Shown here: piece after piece, positions 9,278-18,925 of the stretch | Numbering within the stretch: position 1 is the stretch's first letter | Layout: each line of letters opens with the position of its first letter | DNA from: Patescibacteria group bacterium | GTDB lineage: Bacteria > Patescibacteriota > Microgenomatia > UM-FILTER-40-11 | DNA: 64,000 nucleotides | NCBI GenBank assembly: GCA_035530075.1 | Contig: DATKVM010000005.1 | Span: 231,006 to 295,005, forward strand | Reading direction: 5' to 3' | Made by a program: the position numbers and the translations under genes | The notes under the pieces: model-generated | The model's input: only the letters and a program-made list of their open reading frames with translations | Told to the model about the DNA's origin: nothing | The model's database searches: none

Positions 9278-9364
9278 GGAGAGGTCGCATAGTGGTCGAG
9301 TGCACGCGCTTGGAGAGCGCGCAGGGCCGAGAGGCTCTCGCGGGTTCGAATCCCGCTCTCTCCG
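9278..9364 (+). tRNA. tRNA-Ser(GGA)
   Basis: GGAGAGG..TCTCTCCG, CGCGC-ttGGAga-GCGCG, variable arm. Confidence 0.92.
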
Positions 9365-9447
9365 CAACGCGGAAATAGGGATATGAAGAACCTTAAATTT
9401 ACCAATCTGGCAATGTTTATTATCTTTTTGGGCCGACTTTAGGAAAA

Positions 9448-9843
9448 ATGGATAAGGAGCGAGAAGTCAGTTTAAGAGGCCATCATTTACACAGTTTCTC
9501 CGACTATGTGGCCTATCGAGATGCTGGTTGGGGGACTGATCCAATCGAAGACGCAAGGTCGTTGGGTTATGGCGAAGATTTTGTTCAAGCGAAGCAAGAG
9601 ATTTATGCTCAAATTTATGATGAATATGAGCAGACACGGGTTTCGATTGTTGATGGTCTTGATACCCAGTGTCAAAGAAATTGCTTAAAAAAGAATCCTG
9701 ATGTTTGTCTGGGGCCCAAAAGCGGAGGAATTGATGCTTCTGCCGCCAGTCTTTTTGGCTTTCAAGTTGGGCAGGCCTATCCAGCGAAAGCTCTTATCAA
9801 TGCCTGCAGGCGGAGGCGCCCTAGTGCAGAACCGATTCCCTGA
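9448..9843 (+). CDS. DUF1284-like Cys/His protein
   Basis: LRGHHL..GY..D.QCQRNC..C pattern. Confidence 0.55.
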   Translation: MDKEREVSLRGHHLHSFSDYVAYRDAGWGTDPIEDARSLGYGEDFVQAKQEIYAQIYDEYEQTRVSIVDGLDTQCQRNCLKKNPDVCLGPKSGGIDASAASLFGFQVGQAYPAKALINACRRRRPSAEPIP

Positions 9844-9892
9844 TGCTCTGCTAGGCTCGTTTTAATTCTTCTTCTGATATAATCAGGCTAGA

Positions 9893-11713
9893 ATGGATCA
9901 AATAGAAGAAATCCGCTCAAAAATTGATTTAGTCCAATTTATCTCCGAGTTTCTCCCCTTGAAAAAAGCCGGTCGGAATTTTAAAGGTCTTTGTCCCTTC
10001 CATGCGGAAAAGACCCCTTCATTTATGGTTTCGCCCGAGCGGCAGATTTGGCACTGCTTTGGCTGTGGAGCCGGTGGTGATGTCTTCGGTTTCTTGATGC
10101 AAATGGAAAGGATTGAGTTTGGCGAAGCCCTGCGGCTTTTGGCCAAAAAGACCGGTATTACTCTACAAAGCTACCAGCCGACCAAATCGGAGTCTGAAAA
10201 AGAAAAGCTTTTCCAAGCCAATCATTTAGCGGCCGAGTTTTTCCATTATTTACTCCTTAATCACAAAATCGGAGATAAAGCTTTAAGCTACATTCTCCAG
10301 CGGGGGATTAGTAAAGACTCGCTTTCCCTTTTTAAAATCGGTTACGCCCCGCCAATGTGGGATGGTTTGCAGAAGTTTTTAGTTGGCAAAAAGAATTTTG
10401 CTCCGGCCGATTTAGAAAAAGCCGGCTTAACCATTCGGGGTTCACGATCCGGTTTTTATGACCGCTTCCGCAACCGGTTAATGTTTCCTCTTTTGGACCA
10501 CCGGGGTAATGTCACTGGTTTTGCTGGCAGGGTGCTTCCAGAGGGAAAAGAAGCCCGCCTGCCATCGCCTGCGGCCCGCCCGCCTAGCTTCGCAACGCGA
10601 AACGGGCAGGCTCAGGCTGCTGGCGGGCAGGCGAAGTATGTCAATACTCCGGAAACCCTCATTTATCACAAGAGCGAACTTTTGTATCCGCTCCAAATTA
10701 CTAAGGAGGCAATTAAAAAAGAAAATGCTGTCGTTGTGGTTGAGGGGGAACTGGACGCGATTTCGTCCTACCAAATTGGGATTGAAAATGTGGTCGCCAT
10801 TAAAGGCTCAGCCTTGACCGACGCCCAAGCACGGCTTTTAAAACGTTTTGCCGAAAATTTAATTCTCTCTTTAGACGCGGACGCCGCGGGAGATATGGCT
10901 TCTCGGCGGGGGATTGAAATTGCCGATGGTTTGGGCTTAAACATTAAAGTCGTTTCTCTGGAAAAGTATAAAGACCCGGATGAAGCGGCTCAAAAAGAAC
11001 CGGAATATCTGAAAAAGCAGTTGGCCAAGGCCGAAAATATTTACGATTTCTTTATTAACTCCGCCTTTAAGCGCTTGCGGGGCCAAACGGCGGAAGAAAA
11101 AAAGAAAATCGGTCAGGAAATTATCCCGATATTAGGCAAAATTGAGGATCAAATTATGAAAGATGTTTTTATTAAAAAGTTGGCTGATCGGTTAGGAGTG
11201 AACGAGGAATCGATTATTTTGCAGATTGAGAAATTCCTTTTTAAAACTCCGTCGGTTCCCAAAACTTCTTCTCCGCCGGAGATTCGTCAGCGGCGGGAAA
11301 TTTTGGAAGAGTATTTCTTGGCGCTGCTTTTCCAGAGCAAAGAAACGGAAACTCTCCTTAAGGAAAAAGGTTTACTCTCTTTGCCCTTAAGCCTGAAGCT
11401 GATTAAGGCTTTGGCAGACTATTTGACGGAAAAAAAGAAATTCTCCAGCCGATTCTTCTTTAAAGCCTTACCGGGAGAACTGCGCGAGGGGTTTGACCGG
11501 CTGTATTTAGTCGATTTCGGCGAGCGGATTGAGGAGCCCGATTGGGTGGCTAAAGAAATTCAAAAAACCAAAGCCCAGTTGGAAACTTTAAAAATTAAAG
11601 AAGAGCTTCGGGCGATTTGGCAGGCGCTTCGTCAAAATCCAGCGGCAGAAGAAGAAAGCCGCCAAAAAATTCTGCGCTTGACCCAAAAACTCTCCGCTCT
11701 GGAAAAGGCCTAA
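9893..11713 (+). CDS. dnaG: DNA primase
   Basis: CPFH..CFGC zinc finger, KYVNTPET, VVVEGELD TOPRIM, KDPDE. Confidence 0.97.
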   Translation: MDQIEEIRSKIDLVQFISEFLPLKKAGRNFKGLCPFHAEKTPSFMVSPERQIWHCFGCGAGGDVFGFLMQMERIEFGEALRLLAKKTGITLQSYQPTKSESEKEKLFQANHLAAEFFHYLLLNHKIGDKALSYILQRGISKDSLSLFKIGYAPPMWDGLQKFLVGKKNFAPADLEKAGLTIRGSRSGFYDRFRNRLMFPLLDHRGNVTGFAGRVLPEGKEARLPSPAARPPSFATRNGQAQAAGGQAKYVNTPETLIYHKSELLYPLQITKEAIKKENAVVVVEGELDAISSYQIGIENVVAIKGSALTDAQARLLKRFAENLILSLDADAAGDMASRRGIEIADGLGLNIKVVSLEKYKDPDEAAQKEPEYLKKQLAKAENIYDFFINSAFKRLRGQTAEEKKKIGQEIIPILGKIEDQIMKDVFIKKLADRLGVNEESIILQIEKFLFKTPSVPKTSSPPEIRQRREILEEYFLALLFQSKETETLLKEKGLLSLPLSLKLIKALADYLTEKKKFSSRFFFKALPGELREGFDRLYLVDFGERIEEPDWVAKEIQKTKAQLETLKIKEELRAIWQALRQNPAAEEESRQKILRLTQKLSALEKA

Positions 11714-11755
11714 CCACTGCTTTAAATTTAAGCTTAATTGAGGTAAAATTAAGGT

Positions 11756-12883
11756 ATGAAAAAGGCGGACAGCAAAGAAGAGGCAAAGACAACTAAGCCG
11801 GCGACGGTGGATACCAAAGCCGTCAAAAAACTTTTTGAAAAAGGAAAGAAGGAAGGTTTCATTACTCAGGAAGAAGTTTTAACTGTTTTTCCCTTTGCGG
11901 AAGACTACTTAGAAGAACTGGATGAATTTTACTCCAAAGTTATTGATGAGGGGATTGACATTTTTGAGAGTATCAGCGAAGAGGAGCTTAAAGAGACGGA
12001 GCGGATGGCAAAGGATTTTGCCCGGGAGATTGAAGTTTTATCCGCGCTTGAAGCTCCCTCGGTGGCCGATCCCGTCCGGATGTATCTGCGAGAAATCGGT
12101 CGCATTCCGCTTCTGACTGCGGCAGAAGAAATCGATTTGGCCCAGAGAATCGAAAAAGGCGATATGGCTGCCAAAAAGAAATTAACCGAGTCTAACTTGA
12201 GACTGGTGGTTTCTATCGCTAAGCGCTATGTTGGCCGAGGTTTAACCTTGCTAGATTTAATTCAAGAAGGTAATCAAGGCCTAATTCGGGCGGTGGAAAA
12301 ATATGATTGGCGAAGAGGTTATAAATTTTCTACTTATGCCACTTGGTGGATTCGCCAGGCAATTACCCGGGCGATTGCCGACCAAGCCAGAACGATTAGG
12401 GTTCCCGTTCATATGGTTGAGACGATTAACAAGCTAATGCGCACTTCTCGCAAGCTAATGCAGGAGTTGGGGCGTGACCCAACGCCGGAAGAAATCGGCA
12501 AGATAATGGAGATTTCCGCCACCAAAGTTCGGGAAATTTTGAAAATTGCCCAGGGAACAACTTCCTTGGAGGCGCCGGTGGGAGATGAAGAAGACTCTTT
12601 GCTGGGGGATTTTATTGCCGATACTGCGCCTTCACCGTACGACACCGCCTCCAAGCAGCTTTTAAAAGACAATATTAGGGAAGTTTTGGAAACTCTTTCT
12701 CCGAGAGAAGCCAAGGTTTTGGTCTATCGATTTGGTTTAGAGGGCGGCAGGCCAATGACTTTGGAAGAGGTGGGTAAAAAGTTTGGGGTGACTCGGGAGC
12801 GAATCAGGCAAATAGAAGCCAAAGCCTTAAGAAAACTTAAACATCCTTCGAGAAGGAAGAAACTGCAGGATTATTTGGAGTAA
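11756..12883 (+). CDS. rpoD: RNA polymerase primary sigma factor
   Basis: [47 protein letters not shown]. Confidence 0.97.
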   Translation: MKKADSKEEAKTTKPATVDTKAVKKLFEKGKKEGFITQEEVLTVFPFAEDYLEELDEFYSKVIDEGIDIFESISEEELKETERMAKDFAREIEVLSALEAPSVADPVRMYLREIGRIPLLTAAEEIDLAQRIEKGDMAAKKKLTESNLRLVVSIAKRYVGRGLTLLDLIQEGNQGLIRAVEKYDWRRGYKFSTYATWWIRQAITRAIADQARTIRVPVHMVETINKLMRTSRKLMQELGRDPTPEEIGKIMEISATKVREILKIAQGTTSLEAPVGDEEDSLLGDFIADTAPSPYDTASKQLLKDNIREVLETLSPREAKVLVYRFGLEGGRPMTLEEVGKKFGVTRERIRQIEAKALRKLKHPSRRKKLQDYLE

Positions 12884-13645
12884 TCATTCCCAACGGCCTT
12901 TGACTAAAGCCTCAATCGGATGAATGGATTTTTCCAGTTTAAGGTCGGAAAAGATTTCGGCCGTCTCCAGGGTTTCTTTTTGTGGCTGAAGCCTAATGCC
13001 CAATTCCTTAATATAGTTTTGAGCCGCCGGAATGAATAAAATTTGGGTCCCGATGTAGTTTAAAAATTGCGGTAAGTCCCGGGAAATAAAACGGCGGTTA
13101 TCAAATTCCTTTTGCAGGTTCTCCGGATAGCGGGCCTCTTGGGCTTCTTCTAAACCAACTCCTGCTGGAGTAGGCTGGTTAGGATTTTTGACGCTTAAGA
13201 TGTAGCTGGCTTGCTTTTCAATATTTAAGTCTTTCTGAACCGGGCCTAAGGTTTCCGGCAATTCCAAAGCAAAAACCAAATGGTCGTGCCTATCGTGTTT
13301 TGCCAAAGCATAAACGCCCTCTCCCGCCGGCCGGCCCGGGCCGCGGAAGCGCTCGCCCCTGGTCGCGGTTTGGTATTTTTCCGGGTCAAAAGTATTTTCA
13401 ATTGCTTCGGCTGAAGGATTAACATCTTCGACAAAAGCCCAATAAGCCTCGCCCCGCTGCCTAATCGGGGGCAGTTTTTTGTGACCAATAATTAAAAGCC
13501 GATATTGGTTTTGGTCAAGGGGGTGCATGACCAAATAGAAACGCTCCACCTCGGCCAGACCGGTCACTTTTTCTTCTTGAACCCGGGGAGCATAGATAAA
13601 ATAAATTTCTCCCTTTTCCAAAATTTTGGCTGGCCGCTTTTCCAT
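12884..13645 (-). CDS. Conserved hypothetical protein
   Basis: 253-aa ORF; LEKGEIYFIY..GRPAGEGVY; putative CTTA-repeat promoter upstream. Confidence 0.6.
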   Translation of the reverse strand: MEKRPAKILEKGEIYFIYAPRVQEEKVTGLAEVERFYLVMHPLDQNQYRLLIIGHKKLPPIRQRGEAYWAFVEDVNPSAEAIENTFDPEKYQTATRGERFRGPGRPAGEGVYALAKHDRHDHLVFALELPETLGPVQKDLNIEKQASYILSVKNPNQPTPAGVGLEEAQEARYPENLQKEFDNRRFISRDLPQFLNYIGTQILFIPAAQNYIKELGIRLQPQKETLETAEIFSDLKLEKSIHPIEALVKGRWE

Positions 13646-13731
13646 AAACGAAAATTATGAGGATCTTTGATGAAGAATTCTTTAAGTTTGCTTAAGAAAT
13701 GGGCAAGAGAAGGGGAAACGAGTGCTGATTA

Positions 13732-14142
13732 CTAACGCCAATTTTCTCGGTTTTGATACATCCAGTTGGTTACGTTACCTCTCTCGCACCACTGAATGGC
13801 TTTTTTCAATTCATATTGGCTAAGAGTCTGAGAAAGAGACTCCTTCGGGGGAATTTTACCAGAATAGAAGCTTTGTAAAACCGGTAGGGCTCGTTTATCG
13901 GCCAATTGACCTAGTGTCCAAATGGCCGTGTTTCTTTCTCGGAAAGTCTTTTCGTCAGACTGCAGAAGTTTGGTAAGCGAGTTAACGCAGTCTTCTTTGT
14001 ATTCCTTTTGGGCCTTTAAGCAGGTGACCTTTACTTTCTGATAAATTACTCCAAGGGTATATAAGAAAAAAATCAAGGCGAGAGTAGTAACAAAGATAGT
14101 TGAAGCCAAGATAATCTTTTTAAGATTTGCCATCCTCTTCAT
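13732..14142 (-). CDS. Membrane-anchored HEAT-repeat protein
   Basis: N-terminal TM; RNTAIWTLGQLADKRALPVL HEAT motif. Confidence 0.65.
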   Translation of the reverse strand: MKRMANLKKIILASTIFVTTLALIFFLYTLGVIYQKVKVTCLKAQKEYKEDCVNSLTKLLQSDEKTFRERNTAIWTLGQLADKRALPVLQSFYSGKIPPKESLSQTLSQYELKKAIQWCERGNVTNWMYQNRENWR

Positions 14143-14143
14143 G

Positions 14144-14896
14144 CTAACTATATTTAACCGCCGAAAAAGTAATACTTAGTCCGTAATCTGGTAAAAACGC
14201 CGGTATCTCTTTATGAATTGTGATATCTGTAAACCCTGCTTTTTCCAAGAGTTTCAAATAGTCTTGTTTAAGAATGGCGCCGCTGATACAGCCGACTAAA
14301 AGTTCCTTATCATTTTTCAAGTCGTCCGGCAACGGTTTGGTTAAAACAACATCGGAGACCATCAGTCTTCCCCCTGGTTTTAATACCCGGGATATCTCTT
14401 TAAAAACCCTTTCTTTATTGGGAGCCAAGTTGATGACGCAATTGGAGATGACCGCATTAACCGAGTTGTCTTCAACCGGCAGCTCTTCAATATCACCCTT
14501 CCTAAATTCAACATTAGTAAAACCGCCTTTTGTGGCGTTGTTTCTTGCTTTTATAAGCATCTCCTCTGTCATGTCAACCCCAATAACCTTGCCTGTCTTA
14601 CCGACTTTACGAGCGGCCAGAAAACAATCAAAACCCGCTCCTGAACCTAAATCCAAAACCACTTCGCCGGTCCTTAAAGAAGCAATCGCGAGCGGATTGC
14701 CACAGCCAAGACCAAGATTGGAGCCCGCCGGAGCTTGGTTCATTTCGTTTTGGGAATAACCCATTTGTCCGGACTGTTTTTGAACAGTTAGGTTAGAATC
14801 GCAACCGCAACTCCCGCACCCGCAGCTGCCGGAAGATTTGGCGATATCGGCATACGATTTCTTAACCAGCTTTTTAATTGTTTCCGATTTCTTCAT
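14144..14896 (-). CDS. arsM: Arsenite methyltransferase
   Basis: [33 protein letters not shown]. Confidence 0.9.
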   Translation of the reverse strand: MKKSETIKKLVKKSYADIAKSSGSCGCGSCGCDSNLTVQKQSGQMGYSQNEMNQAPAGSNLGLGCGNPLAIASLRTGEVVLDLGSGAGFDCFLAARKVGKTGKVIGVDMTEEMLIKARNNATKGGFTNVEFRKGDIEELPVEDNSVNAVISNCVINLAPNKERVFKEISRVLKPGGRLMVSDVVLTKPLPDDLKNDKELLVGCISGAILKQDYLKLLEKAGFTDITIHKEIPAFLPDYGLSITFSAVKYS

Positions 14897-14934
14897 GATT
14901 CAATTTTAACACGAGCTGGAAGCAAAAACGATAC

Positions 14935-15024
14935 CTGCGCCAGGCGTGTCTAACAAATAAATCATTTGGTCATGTTGGCAGGAGAGAGAAGGGGTGGGAA
15001 AAGTTAGATTAAGAAAATACAGCC
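14935..15024 (+). repeat. Array repeat R1 (degenerate)
   Basis: ..ctaacaa..gggtgggaaAAGTTAGATTAAGAAAATACAGCC. Confidence 0.7.
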
Positions 15025-15143
15025 ACGCAATGGAAAATACCAGAAATTATTTACGATGAAGAAATTGAGGCTAAAAGATTTGCCCCCCCCAAAGTTGCGA
15101 TTGTAAAATGATGCCTCTATAATCCCTCTCATTATGGTAGAAG

Positions 15144-15446
15144 GTGACAGGCGGTACCAATATGGGGAGCAGTTTTAGGAGATATTCAACAAAGAGGCTT
15201 GAAGCAATAGTGCGCCAAGCACAAGAAGTTCTGGATGAAAGAGACCTAACTAGAAATGGCCTGTTAATAGAAAGATTTCTGGAGATTCACAATCCAGCTA
15301 GGGGGTGTCAAGTCCAACAAAATAAAGAGCATAGACGGAGCGGTTTTTTCGATTGTGATGGTATTGAACACTCGGTTGAGGTGACTGGCTATTCTTGTCA
15401 AACTCACGGGACCAGTAGCGAAAGACGTTTTGGTGAAATTAATTAA
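15144..15446 (+). CDS. Hypothetical protein
   Basis: 100-aa ORF only; no motif recognised. Confidence 0.4.
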   Translation: MTGGTNMGSSFRRYSTKRLEAIVRQAQEVLDERDLTRNGLLIERFLEIHNPARGCQVQQNKEHRRSGFFDCDGIEHSVEVTGYSCQTHGTSSERRFGEIN

Positions 15447-15477
15447 GCCGATCTCCAATCCTTATCCCTTCAAGTAG

Positions 15478-16374
15478 CTAAAGCATTCCGCCTTTTAACA
15501 GCCTGAACTCCTTTTTAGTTTCCCAGATATTTTTTAGTTGGTCAAAATTATCATCCGGTTTCTGCATTAACCTTGCTAGATTATCTATTTCACCTAATTG
15601 CTCCTCTGATAATTTGTCAAACTTACCAAAATGAGTTATTTGGGGAGTGTGGTGGTAAATAATTTCATCATTCATCAAGCAGTGGAAGTCATAAAAGAGT
15701 TCCCAGGAAATTGCGATTAATCCTCCGTTGCCGCCGGCATTCCAAAAGTGCTGGCCATCGATTTTACCGCTTCGTACTGCCAGCCAGGCATCAGGCGAAA
15801 AGTCAAAAGTTCCTTCCGGAATATCGTAAGGATCAAATTTTAAATACCCTTCGATACTCCCGTCAACGTCAATGGTTACCCACCTGGACTCTTTTTCATT
15901 CCAATATTGATTTAGCCAGTGGTCATCGCTTTTACCGCCCGGTAAGCCATCTACATTGAAGTAGGGAGAAAATCCCGAACGCACACGAGCCGGAATACCT
16001 TTTATCTTTAACAAAGAAGCCATTAAGATTGAGGTAGATCTACAAGTTAGGACTAACTTATTTTCCGCTTCTCTGTCTAGTACTAATCCTCTTGAATCCC
16101 TTCTAAACAGTTCCGCCAACATGGCGGAAGCGGTTATAAACACATCGTCTTCAGGTTGCCTGGTCCAGGGCACTCTGGTTGTGTCTCCATATCTTAAATC
16201 TGCGTTCGAACCGGTATTACCATTTTTCAAAGTCATTCGATGCATGAGTTGTTTTCTAACCAAGAGCCCGATTTCCCTAATATTGTCCGGTAAAGACTTT
16301 TGGAGAATGTCTTGGTAAAGACCCGGGTTGGTATACTGACTAAATTGAAGATAAAAACTTATTATTTTTTTCAT
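15478..16374 (-). CDS. Transglutaminase-like protein
   Basis: LTCRSTS..GIPARVRSGF..DDHW..W..D catalytic triad pattern. Confidence 0.85.
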   Translation of the reverse strand: MKKIISFYLQFSQYTNPGLYQDILQKSLPDNIREIGLLVRKQLMHRMTLKNGNTGSNADLRYGDTTRVPWTRQPEDDVFITASAMLAELFRRDSRGLVLDREAENKLVLTCRSTSILMASLLKIKGIPARVRSGFSPYFNVDGLPGGKSDDHWLNQYWNEKESRWVTIDVDGSIEGYLKFDPYDIPEGTFDFSPDAWLAVRSGKIDGQHFWNAGGNGGLIAISWELFYDFHCLMNDEIIYHHTPQITHFGKFDKLSEEQLGEIDNLARLMQKPDDNFDQLKNIWETKKEFRLLKGGML

Positions 16375-16416
16375 CCACTCTCATTTTATCAAATTAAAGC
16401 AACATCTTTATTTTTG

Positions 16417-16462
16417 GTCAGATTAAAAAAATTCAGCCCCCATCCTGGATGAAGTTCGAACT
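16417..16462 (+). repeat. Array repeat R2
   Basis: GTCAGATTAAAAAAATTCAGCCCCCATCCTGGATGAAGTTCGAACT; abuts the stop codon of the next gene. Confidence 0.8.
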
Positions 16463-16767
16463 TATTTTTTGGCTCCGAAGAAACCGAAGAATCCAAAAAA
16501 ACCAAAAAGTCCAGTGCTGCCCCCTAATCCCAATAAGCCAAACAATCCTATCCAGCCAAGCTTCCACAAATCCCTTGGTTTGCCCTTTCTAATATAATTG
16601 ATTGTATTTTGAACGACTGAAATCACAAATCCAAGAGCAAATATAAAGGTTAGAAGGAAAAATACTGGTTCTTCAATTTTGGAGACACCATAAATAGCGT
16701 TATGCAAAACAATAGAAAGTATGGTCAGCCCGAACAAAATATAGTTTCTTTTTGTTTGTTTTTCCAT
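16462..16767 (-). CDS. Small membrane protein
   Basis: Three hydrophobic segments, C-terminal GFFGFFGFFG repeat. Confidence 0.6.
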   Translation of the reverse strand: MEKQTKRNYILFGLTILSIVLHNAIYGVSKIEEPVFFLLTFIFALGFVISVVQNTINYIRKGKPRDLWKLGWIGLFGLLGLGGSTGLFGFFGFFGFFGAKK

Positions 16768-16795
16768 ATTATTTATTCTACCAGAAAACTGTCTT

Positions 16796-17797
16796 CTAGG
16801 TATTTTTAATTAAACTCCAAGTGGCATATTCTTCAGGAGTTAAGGTCGGCTCTTTGGCGGATTTTTGGCGGTAAGACCGCTCGAAGTGGGGGACCAGAAT
16901 ATCTTTCTCATAGGATTTAATAATGACGGGATGAATATAGTAGGTGCGGCAGACTTTCTTGGTATTGCCAAGCTGGGTTGAGACTTCGGCCACCACTTCA
17001 GAGAGATTGTTTTTTAAATCCGCCTCGGAAAGCGCCTTGCCTTTTTTATACAGCCAGTCTCCGGCTAAAACGCTGCCGCCCCAGGTGCGAAAATCTTTAG
17101 CGGAAAAATCTGCTCCCGTATGAGTTTGCAAGTAATTGTTCACCTCGGCTGCGTCGACCACTTGCCGGTTATTATTTTCGTCTAAATACTGAAACACTTG
17201 ATAGCCGGGAAGGTCAATGCAGGCCTTAATCGTTCTGGCCACTCGGGGATGATTGACCCCCAGTTCATGAAAGACCCCGCTTTTACCTTCAAAGCTAAAG
17301 GTCATCGTATTGCCTTCAACCTCAATATGCTTTTTGCGCATGGTGGTTAGGCCGTAGGACTGGTTTTCTTCGGCGTAGGTTTGATTGCCCACCCGGATAA
17401 AAGTGTGCTCCAAAAGCCAGACGACCGTGGCAACGACGCGATTTTGAGTTAGAGAGTGTTCTCGCATATGGCCGCTGACGACTTCGCGCAGGGCGGGGAG
17501 CCGCTCGCCAAAAGCTACCATTTGGTCAAACTTTTTTTCTTGGTTGCGCTTAATCCACTCGGGGTGATAAATATATTGTTTGCGGCCGGCTGCGTCCACG
17601 CCAATCGCCTGAACATAATCGTCGGGGTCTGAGCTAACAACCACCTCGGTCCAGGCGGGGGGAATGGCCAACGCGGCTAAACGCTCGGCCGCCGTTTTGG
17701 AAACCGGCTTGCCTTTTTCATCGATAAACCCAAAGCCATTACCTCTCTTAACCCGCCGCCAAGGAAGTTCTGTATCTTTCCGATAATGAATTGTCAC
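16796..17797 (-). CDS. DNA topoisomerase IB (bacterial/poxvirus type)
   Basis: IPPAW, GRKQYIYH, IRVGN, GKSG, AKDFRTW, LGNT..CRTYYIHP. Confidence 0.92.
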   Translation of the reverse strand: MTIHYRKDTELPWRRVKRGNGFGFIDEKGKPVSKTAAERLAALAIPPAWTEVVVSSDPDDYVQAIGVDAAGRKQYIYHPEWIKRNQEKKFDQMVAFGERLPALREVVSGHMREHSLTQNRVVATVVWLLEHTFIRVGNQTYAEENQSYGLTTMRKKHIEVEGNTMTFSFEGKSGVFHELGVNHPRVARTIKACIDLPGYQVFQYLDENNNRQVVDAAEVNNYLQTHTGADFSAKDFRTWGGSVLAGDWLYKKGKALSEADLKNNLSEVVAEVSTQLGNTKKVCRTYYIHPVIIKSYEKDILVPHFERSYRQKSAKEPTLTPEEYATWSLIKNT

Positions 17798-17835
17798 CAG
17801 TATATTGTAGCAAAACTAGAGGGTAGATAAAGAAA

Positions 17836-18465
17836 CTAACTTAACCATTTTGTAAGTTGTTGGCCGATTTTCGTCACCAAATCATGAGCACCAGATAAAT
17901 TAGCTGCAATACCAACCGCTGACCATGCCGCTTGGATAATTTTTTTTGTTGGATTGGGTTTAATTAGTTGGGCTTTAATCACCTCAATATCTCCAACAAG
18001 ATTTCTTTTTTCTTCATCAGATAACTGGGCTTCTTTAATGATGCCTATCAATTTGTCCAGATCGTTTATAGAACTTCCACTTGCCTGAGAGATAGTCCCA
18101 TATTGATGGCCCGAGACAAAGATCACATTTGCCCCTTCTTCAGCCTCAATTGTGACAGAAGATAAGGCTTTTTGGGAAAATTTCGAATCTTCAAATAACC
18201 GAATGCCTTTATTAGATATCCTTATTTCTTGAAACAAAATAGATTGTCCTGTTAGTTTCACCCGTTCATTCCTAGTGTCAATGTATTTCTCGCCAATCAA
18301 GTAATCAATATTATTCTTAATCCTAATTCTATCTAACTCTGCAGAGCGTAAATCGCCAATCACTTTTTCTGAAGTAGTCCACTGAGCCCTTGATTTGTTG
18401 AAGTCATAAAGATATCTAAGGATTTTTTCTTTTACTTCGTCTTCGGAAAGAGTATTCGAGTCCAT
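17836..18465 (-). CDS. Hypothetical protein (wHTH-like N-term, helical C-term)
   Basis: KILRYLY..IDYLIGEKYI..ISNKGI pattern. Confidence 0.55.
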   Translation of the reverse strand: MDSNTLSEDEVKEKILRYLYDFNKSRAQWTTSEKVIGDLRSAELDRIRIKNNIDYLIGEKYIDTRNERVKLTGQSILFQEIRISNKGIRLFEDSKFSQKALSSVTIEAEEGANVIFVSGHQYGTISQASGSSINDLDKLIGIIKEAQLSDEEKRNLVGDIEVIKAQLIKPNPTKKIIQAAWSAVGIAANLSGAHDLVTKIGQQLTKWLS

Positions 18466-18466
18466 A

Positions 18467-18778
18467 TTAAATCAAATCATTTTCTAAACCATACTTTATT
18501 GCTTTGAGCGAAGCTCGTGCACTTTCCAAATCCTCTTTATATGCCTCGGCGTCTCTTGCATCATTTCCTTCCGAATCCCCAATTGTGTAAACCCCAGATC
18601 TATAATCCAATCTCTCAAAATTCTGATAGTATTTGGAATTGGTAGTTATAAGGTTATCGAGAATCATTAATGTCTCTTCGCGCCACTGCCGAAGGAGATC
18701 GTAATCGACTTTTCCAAGTAGTTGGTCTATAAGGTCGATTTTTGAATCAAGTAGAGTTATCTTATCTTTTTTATCCAT
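18467..18778 (-). CDS. Hypothetical helical protein
   Basis: ATG at 18778 (MDKKDK); stop lies 1 nt from the start of the next gene. Confidence 0.55.
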   Translation of the reverse strand: MDKKDKITLLDSKIDLIDQLLGKVDYDLLRQWREETLMILDNLITTNSKYYQNFERLDYRSGVYTIGDSEGNDARDAEAYKEDLESARASLKAIKYGLENDLI

Positions 18779-18925
18779 TTGTTTAATTTCTTTGAGTGAG
18801 CTTTTGCTCCGCGAGCCTAAGATTAATATAACCTTTGACTTCACTCCAATTATACTCGCTTTACAAGATTTGAGGTACATCGGAGAGATGAGGCAAAGGC
18901 GGGAAGAAATTAAAAAAATTAGCGC

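Noticed and set aside
8312-9405. Minus-strand ORFs 8312-8551, 8592-9008, 9116-9405 (and 5416-5658, 31614-31874)
   Set aside because: They are shadows of tRNA genes or of real CDSs.
14274-14759. 161-aa plus-strand ORF and similar antisense ORFs in rpoD, pgk, gap, dinB
   Set aside because: Opposite strand of well-supported genes.
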